From contig JBAZLB010000008.1 in the NCBI GenBank assembly GCA_041650495.1, positions 4,218-68,217 of the forward strand: a stretch of DNA of 64,000 nucleotides, written 5' to 3'. The stretch comes from Candidatus Omnitrophota bacterium (GTDB lineage Bacteria; Omnitrophota; Gorgyraeia; Gygaellales; Profunditerraquicolaceae). Positions 7,999 to 16,097 of this stretch are shown here, piece by piece. The position numbers were made by a program, and so were the translations under genes. Every line of letters starts with the position of its first letter. Within the stretch, counting starts at the first letter, position 1. Below the pieces are notes generated by a model, which was not told the origin of the DNA, did no database searches, and saw only the letters and a list, made by a program, of their open reading frames with translations.

Positions 7999-10703
7999 TC
8001 CAGGGTAACCCGGATAAGGTTGTCTTTGGCGTTGGTGACAGAAAGGAGGTAACTGCGGGAGATGTGAAAGTTCTCTTTATGGATACCTTCGGCAACGGTT
8101 TTTCCGTTTATGGACACCTTGCATATCCGATACCTGCCGAAATCTTTTCTTCGGGGGTTGAAAAATTCTACCTTGATGGGCCTTTGGGCAAAAGATGCGG
8201 TTGTGGATAACCGATTACTGCTGTTTAATTGTTCAGCGGTGAGTTTAGGTTCGATTATCAAATCCCCGTATTCCCCCCTGATGCCGAATACCTGGGTAAG
8301 CAAGGTAAGCATAAACCAACTGGCGGAACCGGTCAGATAGCTATACATACCCTGTCCTTCGGCGTTGAAATATTCCGGCAGGCAGGGGTAGATCCTGCTT
8401 TTTTGCGTATCCAGCGCCATGCGGTATATAGACTTTATTACTGCGTATCCTTCTTTGACAAATCCTCTCAGGTAAAGGGCGTAGGCGAACATCACGCACA
8501 TATGATTAAAGAACGCGCCGTTTTCTTTGTTCCCGTAGGCGAAAGAAAATGCCCGGCCGAGGTTTAGCTGTTCTGCTTTAAAATCGGTATTCAGACGGAA
8601 GCCGCCTGTTTTCTTATCTTTCAGGTATTTTTGCGTGTTTAAAAATATGGTTTTAATCTGTTCAGTGGTTGCGATACCGCTCATGACAGGAAAGACTTGT
8701 CCTGCGAGGGTCATGCGCATTAAACCTCCGGTAGCGCCTTCAATCCGTTCCCCGTCATTATTATAATATCCGTTGAAAAATCCTTCCTTGAGCCATTCGG
8801 ATTTGCGTATATGCCCATACATCCAGTCTGCCTTTTCTTTGAGGGAAGAAATTAATTCTTCTTTAGGCAGGCTTATTCTTTTTTCAGTTACCCCATCTTC
8901 GGTTTCTCCCAGATACCTGTCTAATATTTCGCGTTTTAATTTTACATCCGAATAATTTGTATTTTCTCTGGTGGCAGAATTAAGAAGCGTAGTTAATTCC
9001 CGGAAGATGGGTATCTTTTCTGTATTAAGGCGCTCAAGCAGTCCGCAGATTGCTTTTAGGTTTTGCGCATACATTGCGCTGAAGGCAACGCTCTCTCCGC
9101 GCTGGGGAGCCATATCTAACCCGTCGTTCCAGTCTGAGCCTTCCAGGCGTATATGGTTATGGGGACCGACGTTAAAAAATTGCACCAGGTTTTCCACCAG
9201 TATATGCTCAAGCAGGCTTCCTTTATAAATCTTTCCTGACTTGGTTTGCAGGAAATTTCCTTCCTGCGGTTGCCATCGCGTATCTTTTTTCAGGCCCCTG
9301 TGCATCTGATAGTCGCGGAAGTAGGTGGTTTCTTCAAAGAGTATATCTATGTCGGAAGTCTGGTGAATATAAAACTGTATAGTGATTAACGGCCAGATGC
9401 CGTGGTCCATCCATACGCGGCTGATGTTGTTGCGGTCGGCGATAAATTCGCCTGTATTATTGCCGATAATGGTAGCATGGGAGCCGTCTATGCGCACGCC
9501 GGCAAGATTATTTACCAAAAGTGTCTTTACTTCTTTGGGGTTGTCCAATATAAGAGAAAGGCAGTCTTGCCATAGGTCGCGCCAGCCTCTGCCACCTTTG
9601 CCGTAGTCGAAGTCCGGAAGAAAAGAGCAGCCGAATATTCTTCTTAGAGCCGGCTGGATATTCACCCAGCGTATCCAGTTATCAAAAAGGGGATCATTCG
9701 TCTCAGCGGCAATCCGGGTGCTTTTTTCCTGCCAGTATCCCTGTGTATTTTTTAGGGAATCCCGGATTTTGGTTTCGGTATTAAAATTCTTTAGGATGGG
9801 GTTTATTTCTGATTTATCTTTTACAATACCCATGAGGATGATATAAGCGGTATTTTGTTTTTTCTTAAGCCGGATACTTTTAAATCTTAGCCCGGCCATA
9901 GCCTCTTTACCGTGGTTGTTTTTCTTCTTGGCAGGCGGATATCCGCGGAATATAGATTCCGGCGCTTCCAGGTCTGAGGCCTCGCCGGTAAATTGCTCCT
10001 GTGTCGGGTATATATATTGGGGTGAGCCGTTTTTTGTATCTATGCCTAAAACGAAATAAGAGGTAGTGTCTTTCTTGTGTCCTGCTTCGTCAAATAGCAA
10101 TGCGGGGGAGGTGATAACGCCGAATTTATTTTTATCTATGCGCTGCAGAAGCGAAGTTACCTGGCGGTGGTCATGCAGGTTATGAGCGGACCTGCCGAAG
10201 ATGGGGATAGCAGCTGTAGGGGTAAAATTAATAGTTTTAGAAGATACATTGGTAATACGTACAAACATTATTTCTACCGGCTCTCCTGAGGCCGGGACAA
10301 AAGAGGTAATTTCTGCCTTAAGGCCGATATTGCTGTTTTGACGGGTTAGCTTATGCCAGAGTAGTCCTGCCTGGAGATTAAATCTGTCTTTTTTAAGTTG
10401 CCTGGCATTTTTTGATACGCCCGTTGCCGACCATATTTTTTCAGGGGTCCTTTTTTGATTGCCGGTGTGCGTGTCTATCCAGAAATTACGGCTGGCCCTG
10501 GAATTGACAAGAGATTGGCGGGAAACAGGCTCTAATAAAAACGCATGAAAACCCGTTTTTATGTCTCCGTGTAAGTCAGGGGAAAGCGAGGACATCAGGG
10601 GATAAGAATTACAGATGGGGAAATAGAGCGTTTTTATCTTATCGGCTGTATCCGAGGAAAATGTGCCTTCTTTATCTATGAACTGCCAGAGCTTCTTTGC
10701 CAT
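7995..10703 (-). CDS. Large glycoside hydrolase/phosphorylase-like protein with an (alpha/alpha)6 barrel. It is GH94-like (cellobiose/chitobiose phosphorylase or cyclic glucan synthase family).
   Basis: The ORF is about 900 aa. 'EGSDWNDGLDM' resembles the GH94 catalytic Asp motif. The track ORF starts on TTG at 10775, so the ATG at 10703 ('MAKKLWQF') is preferred. Confidence 0.45.
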   Translation of the reverse strand: MAKKLWQFIDKEGTFSSDTADKIKTLYFPICNSYPLMSSLSPDLHGDIKTGFHAFLLEPVSRQSLVNSRASRNFWIDTHTGNQKRTPEKIWSATGVSKNARQLKKDRFNLQAGLLWHKLTRQNSNIGLKAEITSFVPASGEPVEIMFVRITNVSSKTINFTPTAAIPIFGRSAHNLHDHRQVTSLLQRIDKNKFGVITSPALLFDEAGHKKDTTSYFVLGIDTKNGSPQYIYPTQEQFTGEASDLEAPESIFRGYPPAKKKNNHGKEAMAGLRFKSIRLKKKQNTAYIILMGIVKDKSEINPILKNFNTETKIRDSLKNTQGYWQEKSTRIAAETNDPLFDNWIRWVNIQPALRRIFGCSFLPDFDYGKGGRGWRDLWQDCLSLILDNPKEVKTLLVNNLAGVRIDGSHATIIGNNTGEFIADRNNISRVWMDHGIWPLITIQFYIHQTSDIDILFEETTYFRDYQMHRGLKKDTRWQPQEGNFLQTKSGKIYKGSLLEHILVENLVQFFNVGPHNHIRLEGSDWNDGLDMAPQRGESVAFSAMYAQNLKAICGLLERLNTEKIPIFRELTTLLNSATRENTNYSDVKLKREILDRYLGETEDGVTEKRISLPKEELISSLKEKADWMYGHIRKSEWLKEGFFNGYYNNDGERIEGATGGLMRMTLAGQVFPVMSGIATTEQIKTIFLNTQKYLKDKKTGGFRLNTDFKAEQLNLGRAFSFAYGNKENGAFFNHMCVMFAYALYLRGFVKEGYAVIKSIYRMALDTQKSRIYPCLPEYFNAEGQGMYSYLTGSASWFMLTLLTQVFGIRGEYGDLIIEPKLTAEQLNSSNRLSTTASFAQRPIKVEFFNPRRKDFGRYRICKVSINGKTVAEGIHKENFHISRSYLLSVTNAKDNLIRVTLD

Positions 10704-11108
10704 GTTGACTGTCAATTTATCACAGCAAGTTTCTTTTTGCAATATCTTTCTCTCTTTTCTAATACCGTTTACCAATCCAAATATAATCTGTGGTAATCTT
10801 TCTCAAGAGCACAAGGGACAAGGTGATGGACGGAAACCGTCCCCTTTATTATGCGGGTCTGTCCCCGGCTGGGATTTACTTAGTTTTTTTGGGACTTTGC
10901 CCTCCGTAAGTTATGCGCTCATTAAGCTGTTTTTGTTGAAAAATCCTTAATAAGTGATAAAATATGAAGGCGTATCCGGAATGGGAAGATAAGGGCCCGC
11001 CTTAAGATTGAGCCGGGAAACAAGAAATGTCTGCCGCAGAGCATTTTTGTTATCTGCAGTATAAAATCTTTTTGAAATAATGAGTCCGATGAATAACAGG
11101 ATGGGTAT

Positions 11109-12137
11109 ATGCGCGTAGGCATGTATTATAACAATAATGATGTCCGGGTTGAGAAATTGCCCAGGCCTGCCGTGGGCAAGGGAGAAATCATTGTGCGCGT
11201 AGAGTCCGCGGGCATATGCGGCAGCGATGTAATGGAGTGGTATCGTATTAACCGCACGCCTTTGGTATTGGGCCATGAAATATCGGGTATTATTGAGGAG
11301 GTTGGCGAGGGGGTTGGAGATTTTCATCCGGGACAGAGGGTGGCTTGTGCACACCATGTCCCCTGCATGAGTTGCCGTTATTGCCTTGGGGGGCATGAAA
11401 CCGTCTGCGATACCTTGCGTCAAACTAACTTTTACCCCGGAGGATTCGCGGAATTTATCCGCCTTTCTACTATTAATGTAGAGAAGGGCGTCTATCTTCT
11501 GCCCGATTCCGTTTCTTTCGATGAAGCAACATTCGTAGAACCCCTGGCCTGCGTATTGCGCGGCCAGAGGCTTGCAGGTATAAAACCGGGGACGAATGTT
11601 TTGGTTTTAGGTAGCGGCATCGCCGGTCTAATGCATATTCAACTGGCAAAGATAAATAAGGCCGCTCGCGTGATTGCTACGGATTTATCGGATTACCGCT
11701 TATTGGCGGCAAAAAGGTTCGGGGCAGATATAGTAATAAATGCCAGGGAGTATTCGCTGGATTTGCTCAGGAGATTGAATGAAGGTCGCCTCGCGGACTT
11801 GGTCATAGTCTCAACCGGGGCAGTCCCCGCAATCTATCAGGCCATTGATTCTTTAGACAGGGGAGGGACGATCCTGTTTTTTGCTCCGGCAGAAAAAGGC
11901 GCTAAAATAATTTTTCCTTTCAATGAATTGTTCTGGCGTACGGAAAACAAGCTGGTCAGTTCTTATGCGGGCAGTCCTGCCGATTATCGGCAGGCCCTGG
12001 GCTTGATAGCCGGCGGGGAATTTAAAGTTAAGGATATGATAACCCATTGTTTCAAGTTAGAAGAGATCAAAAAGGGTTTCTATTTGGTTACGAAAGGCGC
12101 GAATTCAATTAAAATCATAATCCATCCGCAGGAATAG
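11109..12137 (+). CDS. Zinc-dependent medium-chain dehydrogenase/reductase (threonine/sorbitol dehydrogenase-like).
   Basis: The catalytic zinc motifs 'GICGSDVMEW' and 'GHEISGIIEEVGEGV' are present, the structural zinc site is 'CMSCRYCLGG', and the Rossmann motif is 'VLGSGIAGL'. Confidence 0.8.
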   Translation: MRVGMYYNNNDVRVEKLPRPAVGKGEIIVRVESAGICGSDVMEWYRINRTPLVLGHEISGIIEEVGEGVGDFHPGQRVACAHHVPCMSCRYCLGGHETVCDTLRQTNFYPGGFAEFIRLSTINVEKGVYLLPDSVSFDEATFVEPLACVLRGQRLAGIKPGTNVLVLGSGIAGLMHIQLAKINKAARVIATDLSDYRLLAAKRFGADIVINAREYSLDLLRRLNEGRLADLVIVSTGAVPAIYQAIDSLDRGGTILFFAPAEKGAKIIFPFNELFWRTENKLVSSYAGSPADYRQALGLIAGGEFKVKDMITHCFKLEEIKKGFYLVTKGANSIKIIIHPQE

Positions 12138-12147
12138 AGGAGGTAAT

Positions 12148-12942
12148 ATGGACTGGGGAATGAAAAACAGGATGCAGAGGATATTCAAAAAAGACGGTAA
12201 GGCGGTAATGTTGGCGGCAGATCATGGTTATTTCTTAGGTCCGGTAAGCAGGCTGGAAGAGCCGGCTGGTGTACTTGAGTCGCTTATTCCGTATACGGAC
12301 TCCCTAATGGTTACGCGCGGGCTTTTGCGTAATTGCATAAATCCGGGTTATGATGTTCCCGTTATATTAAGGGTTTCCGGAGGCAATAGCATATTGGAAG
12401 AGGATCTTTCTAATGAGGGGATTATTACCTCTATTCAGGATGCCATACGTTTAAATGCAGCATGTGTTGCTTTATCCATTTACGTAGGCTCACCACACCA
12501 GCATCAGACCCTCTTGAACCTGGCCAGGCTTATTAATGAAGGGCAGAATTGGGGTATGCCGGTTTTAGCGGTAACTGCGGTAGGCAAGGAACTAGAGAAG
12601 CGCGACGCCAAATATCTTGCCTTATCCTGCCGTATTGCCGCAGAGATAGGCGCACAGATAGTAAAAACATATTATTGCGAAGGGTTTGAAGAGGTGGTGC
12701 ATTCATGCCCTGTGCCGGTGGTAATCGCAGGCGGCCCTAAATTAAGAAATGAACAGGATGTCCTGGAGATGACTTACAATGCGATAAAAAAGGGGGCCAA
12801 AGGCGTAGATATGGGCAGAAATATCTGGCAGTCGCGCTGGCCAATAGCGATGATCTCGGCCATACGCAGTATTGTGCACGACAAGGCATCGGCTGAGCGG
12901 GCATTTGATTTATTCAATAAACTTAAGGAAGAAAAATCGTAA
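12148..12942 (+). CDS. DhnA-type class I aldolase (DeoC/LacD/FbaB family).
   Basis: The architecture resembles the PF01791 family and the motif 'QIVKTYY' carries the Schiff-base lysine. The RBS is 'GAGGAGG'. Confidence 0.6.
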   Translation: MDWGMKNRMQRIFKKDGKAVMLAADHGYFLGPVSRLEEPAGVLESLIPYTDSLMVTRGLLRNCINPGYDVPVILRVSGGNSILEEDLSNEGIITSIQDAIRLNAACVALSIYVGSPHQHQTLLNLARLINEGQNWGMPVLAVTAVGKELEKRDAKYLALSCRIAAEIGAQIVKTYYCEGFEEVVHSCPVPVVIAGGPKLRNEQDVLEMTYNAIKKGAKGVDMGRNIWQSRWPIAMISAIRSIVHDKASAERAFDLFNKLKEEKS

Positions 12943-12957
12943 CTTGCTAAGACGGGT

Positions 12958-14136
12958 ATGAAAAAGGCGGGGGTCTTAACCATTGTTTTTGTCTTTATTG
13001 CTTTCTGCTATGGTTTCAGTTATGGCCAGGAAGGCGAAAGCCCTGTGCAGGGACTTAAGGTTTTTTATTCCCAGAGCTGCCATAAATGCTTGAATATAAA
13101 CCATAAAATAATTCCGGCAATAGAAAGTGAATTTAAGGGCAGAATAACGGTTGACTACCTTGATATCTCGGATATCCAGAATTATAAGTTACTCCTTAGC
13201 CTTAAGGAGAAATACGGCATAAAACATGATACTCCCGTGCCGGTTTTGTATCTGCAGGGGCATTTTTTAAGCGGCGACATAAATAAGGAGGGCCTGAGAC
13301 AGTTTATTCTAAACGCCCTTAAGGGGCATGCGGATAGAAACGAAACTAAGGTTGCGCCGATAGACCCGGTAGCAAAATTCAGGAATATTGAAGCCATGGC
13401 TGTAGTCAGCGCAGGGCTGGTGGACGGGATAAATCCGTGCGCGTTTACGGTGATAGTATTTTTCGTTTCTTTCCTTGCCTTGCAGGGATACAGAAAGAGA
13501 GAGCTCCTTTTGATAGGGCTGTTGTTTATATTTGCGGTATTCTTGACATATATCCTTATCGGGGTAGGTATATTTGGGTTTCTTTACCGCTTGCGCTCTT
13601 TCTGGATGGTTTCGCGCGTAGTAAATATATCTGTAGGCGTCTTAAGTATAGCCTTAGGGTTTGCTGCACTCTACGATTATTTTAAATTCAAGAAAGACAA
13701 AAGCCCCGAAGGGTTGATTTTAAAGCTGCCTCAGGCGATAAAAAACAGGATACATACCTTAATCGGCAGCCATTACCGCAAGGGCCATAAAAATGAGGCA
13801 GGCAGAGAGAGGAAGGGCATCTTCGGGCTTATGATAGCCAGCCTTACAACAGGGTTTCTTGTTTCTTTGCTGGAATCGGTATGCACAGGGCAGGTGTATT
13901 TGCCGACGATAGTCTTTGTTTTAAAGGCCACCCCTTTAAAGATACAGGCCTTAGGCTATCTCTTGCTTTATAATCTCATGTTTATCGCACCCCTGGTTAT
14001 AATCTTTATCCTGGCCATGTTAGGAGTAACATCGCTTGAATTCTCAAGGCTCCTAAAAAGGCACCTTTCTAAGGTAAAGATAGCTATGGCATTTCTGTTT
14101 TTCGGCTTAGGGGTATTCTTATTATGGAAGACATGA
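12958..14136 (+). CDS. Fusion of a periplasmic thioredoxin/glutaredoxin-fold domain (CxxC) with a DsbD/CcdA-like transmembrane thiol-disulfide transporter domain.
   Basis: There is a signal peptide, and 'SCHKC' sits in an N-terminal domain of about 130 aa. The membrane domain carries the conserved Cys motifs 'GINPCAF' and 'SVCTGQ'. Confidence 0.5.
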   Translation: MKKAGVLTIVFVFIAFCYGFSYGQEGESPVQGLKVFYSQSCHKCLNINHKIIPAIESEFKGRITVDYLDISDIQNYKLLLSLKEKYGIKHDTPVPVLYLQGHFLSGDINKEGLRQFILNALKGHADRNETKVAPIDPVAKFRNIEAMAVVSAGLVDGINPCAFTVIVFFVSFLALQGYRKRELLLIGLLFIFAVFLTYILIGVGIFGFLYRLRSFWMVSRVVNISVGVLSIALGFAALYDYFKFKKDKSPEGLILKLPQAIKNRIHTLIGSHYRKGHKNEAGRERKGIFGLMIASLTTGFLVSLLESVCTGQVYLPTIVFVLKATPLKIQALGYLLLYNLMFIAPLVIIFILAMLGVTSLEFSRLLKRHLSKVKIAMAFLFFGLGVFLLWKT

Positions 14137-14528
14137 AGAAGCCTTTTTGTTGCATCTTTTTATTTTTTTTCCTGTTAACAGGCTGCCAGGCGCAAAATCC
14201 ATATCTGGATAAAACAAAGGAAGAAGCGGAGATATATTACTGGGACTTCGGGAAAGTAAAGACCGGGGTTATCCTGTCGCATGATTTCATCGTCAGGAAC
14301 AACTCGCAACACGTAATGCACATCAAGGAGATTACTACTTCCTGCGGTTGTGCTGTTCCTGAAATAGCCAAGAAGGTCCTTTCGCCAGGCGAAAGTACAT
14401 CTATGGCGGTGAATTTTAATACCGCAGGATATACCGGCGAGAGTAAACAGTACGTCTATGTGAACACCGACAGCCCGGATAATCCGATTTTACGTTTTAC
14501 AATCAGGGCAGAGATGTCGAAGGACTAA
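14133..14528 (+). CDS. DUF1573-family lipoprotein.
   Basis: The lipobox is 'LLTGC'. 'TSCGCAVPE' is the CGC motif typical of DUF1573. Its start overlaps the upstream gene. Confidence 0.6.
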   Translation: MKKPFCCIFLFFFLLTGCQAQNPYLDKTKEEAEIYYWDFGKVKTGVILSHDFIVRNNSQHVMHIKEITTSCGCAVPEIAKKVLSPGESTSMAVNFNTAGYTGESKQYVYVNTDSPDNPILRFTIRAEMSKD

Positions 14529-14544
14529 GGGCTAAGGGGACGTT

Positions 14545-14768
14545 CCCCGCGATTAGAACTCATTGTCAGAATTAAGTTTATGAGCGTGGCTTTATTTGTG
14601 TTCTTAGGGGCAAGTTTATCCCTCGCGTAAGCACTTGAAATTTCCTGGCGCAAGCGCCAGAAAATTTCTACGTACGCTTCAGGATAATTCGCAGACGCCC
14701 CTTTACAGGGGCTACAACTTACGTCGGAGATGGATAAAATAATCGCTCCGTAAGTTGTCTGCTCATTA
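14545..14768 (+). repeat. Structured intergenic repeat, copy A1. It is the longer, more diverged member of the five-copy dispersed family.
   Basis: It shares the 'CTTCAGGATAATTCGCAGACG' block and the hairpins 'GCCCCTTTACAGGGGC' and 'ACAACTTACGTCGGAG..CTCCGTAAGTTGT'. It has a 'CTGCTCATTA' end and an additional hairpin 'GAAATTTCCTGGCGCAAGCGCCAGAAAATTTC'. Confidence 0.7.
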
Positions 14769-14770
14769 AA

Positions 14771-14957
14771 TATACCCCGTTAGCTAAGCGCTGCGTGGAT
14801 CGTGTATCCCTTGCCTAAACGCTCGAAAATTACTTTCGCTATGCTCAGTAATTTTCTTCGCAGGCTTCGGGATAATTCGCAGACGCCCCTTTACAGGGGC
14901 TACAACTTACGTCGGAGATGGATAAAATAATCGCTCCGTAAGTTGTCTGCTCATTAC
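14771..14957 (+). repeat. Structured intergenic repeat, copy A2, lying in tandem with A1. It is the archetype of about 187 nt and ends 18 nt before the htpX ATG.
   Basis: Its last roughly 100 nt are identical to A1. It has three hairpins: 'GAAAATTACT..AGTAATTTTC', 'GCCCCTTTACAGGGGC' and 'ACAACTTACG..CGTAAGTTGT'. Confidence 0.8.
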
Positions 14958-14975
14958 ATTAAAGGAGGTAGAAGG

Positions 14976-15938
14976 ATGTTTTTTTTAAAACTGAGGATGT
15001 GGCTTTTGTTGGGGGCACTTTTTGGGATTATCTATGCCATAATGGTTATGGTCGGTTCTTACCTGGGGATTACGAATTTTTATTTCTACCTATTTTTATC
15101 TCTGGCCATGATTCTTGTCCAGTATCTTATCGGGCCTAAAATGGTAGAGTGGACCATGCGTGTCAGGTATGTGAGTAAACAGCAATACCCTCAACTGTTT
15201 AGCATGGTAGAAGAATTATCCGCTAAGGCAGGAATCCCTATGCCTAAAATAGGCATATCCGCTATTCAGTTGCCGAATGCCTTTGCTTTTGGCCGCACAC
15301 TTAAGGACGGACGGGTATGCGTTACCGAAGGGATACTGCGGTTATTAAACGAAGAAGAGCTAAGGGCGGTTTTGGGGCATGAGTTAAGCCATTTGAAGAA
15401 CCGGGATGTCCTGACTATAACCCTGCTTTCGGTCATACCCATGATTCTTTACCGCTTAGCCTGGCAGTTCTTATTTTACGGCCGCCGCAGGGATTCAGAA
15501 AGGGGAAATAATACCGCAATTATCGGCTTGCTGGCTTTTGTCTTCTATTTTATCACCAACCTGCTGGTCCTTTATGCCTCCCGGATACGGGAATATTTTG
15601 CCGATCGCGGCTCTGTACAGCTGGGGAATCATCCCTCCAGCCTTGCCTCCAGTTTATACAAACTGAGCCAGGCGTCAGCGCGGGTAACACCTGAGTCGTT
15701 AAAAGAGGTAGAGGGGGTAAAGGCGTTTTTTGTCAATAACCCTTCGCAGGCCCTGAATGAAATCAGGGAATTAAGGCAAATCGACCTGGATAAGAACGGC
15801 GTAATCGGAGCCTCGGAGTTGGAACGTCTAAAAAAAGGCAGGATAAAACTTAACTTAGGAGAAAGGTTGTTGGAACTTCTCAGCACTCATCCTAATATGC
15901 TTAAGCGCCTGATGCAGCTTTCCCAGTATCAAGACTGA
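14976..15938 (+). CDS. htpX: HtpX-type M48 zinc metalloprotease with a C-terminal EF-hand-like insertion.
   Basis: The active site is 'HELSHLKNRD' (HExxH), N-terminal TM helices are predicted, and the RBS is 'AAAGGAGGT'. The track ORF starts on TTG at 14943, inside the repeat. Confidence 0.8.
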   Translation: MFFLKLRMWLLLGALFGIIYAIMVMVGSYLGITNFYFYLFLSLAMILVQYLIGPKMVEWTMRVRYVSKQQYPQLFSMVEELSAKAGIPMPKIGISAIQLPNAFAFGRTLKDGRVCVTEGILRLLNEEELRAVLGHELSHLKNRDVLTITLLSVIPMILYRLAWQFLFYGRRRDSERGNNTAIIGLLAFVFYFITNLLVLYASRIREYFADRGSVQLGNHPSSLASSLYKLSQASARVTPESLKEVEGVKAFFVNNPSQALNEIRELRQIDLDKNGVIGASELERLKKGRIKLNLGERLLELLSTHPNMLKRLMQLSQYQD

Positions 15939-16059
15939 TAAAATCCCGCTTTCCTTGTTTAGTCTTTAATCTTATCTAGAGGATAGCCATTCTTTATATT
16001 TAAGTGTCTGTAAAAGCCAATTTATGCTCGCTTTCAGGCAGGATACAGGGCTGATTTTA

Positions 16060-16088
16060 TTGACAGGCGTCAAATTATACTATATAAT
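16060..16088 (+). promoter_or_regulatory. Consensus sigma70-type promoter of lysS (TTGACA-N17-TATAAT).
   Basis: The -35 'TTGACA' lies at 16060-16065 and the -10 'TATAAT' at 16083-16088, with an exact 17-nt spacer. The ATG at 16098 leaves a leader of only about 3 nt and no SD. Confidence 0.5.
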
Positions 16089-16097
16089 CATAAATCT

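Noticed and set aside
10947-11423. 158-aa ORF on the - strand spanning the intergenic region and the 5' end of the Zn-dehydrogenase gene.
   Set aside because: It runs antisense to a well-supported MDR dehydrogenase start. It has no RBS and an odd composition, so it is probably spurious.
14545-14957. Could the tandem repeats be a CRISPR array?
   Set aside because: There are only two units with a period of about 190 nt. The units are long and internally structured with multiple distinct hairpins, and no short uniform spacers are present. Further single copies are scattered at 39 kb, 53.8 kb and 55.8 kb with no cas genes.
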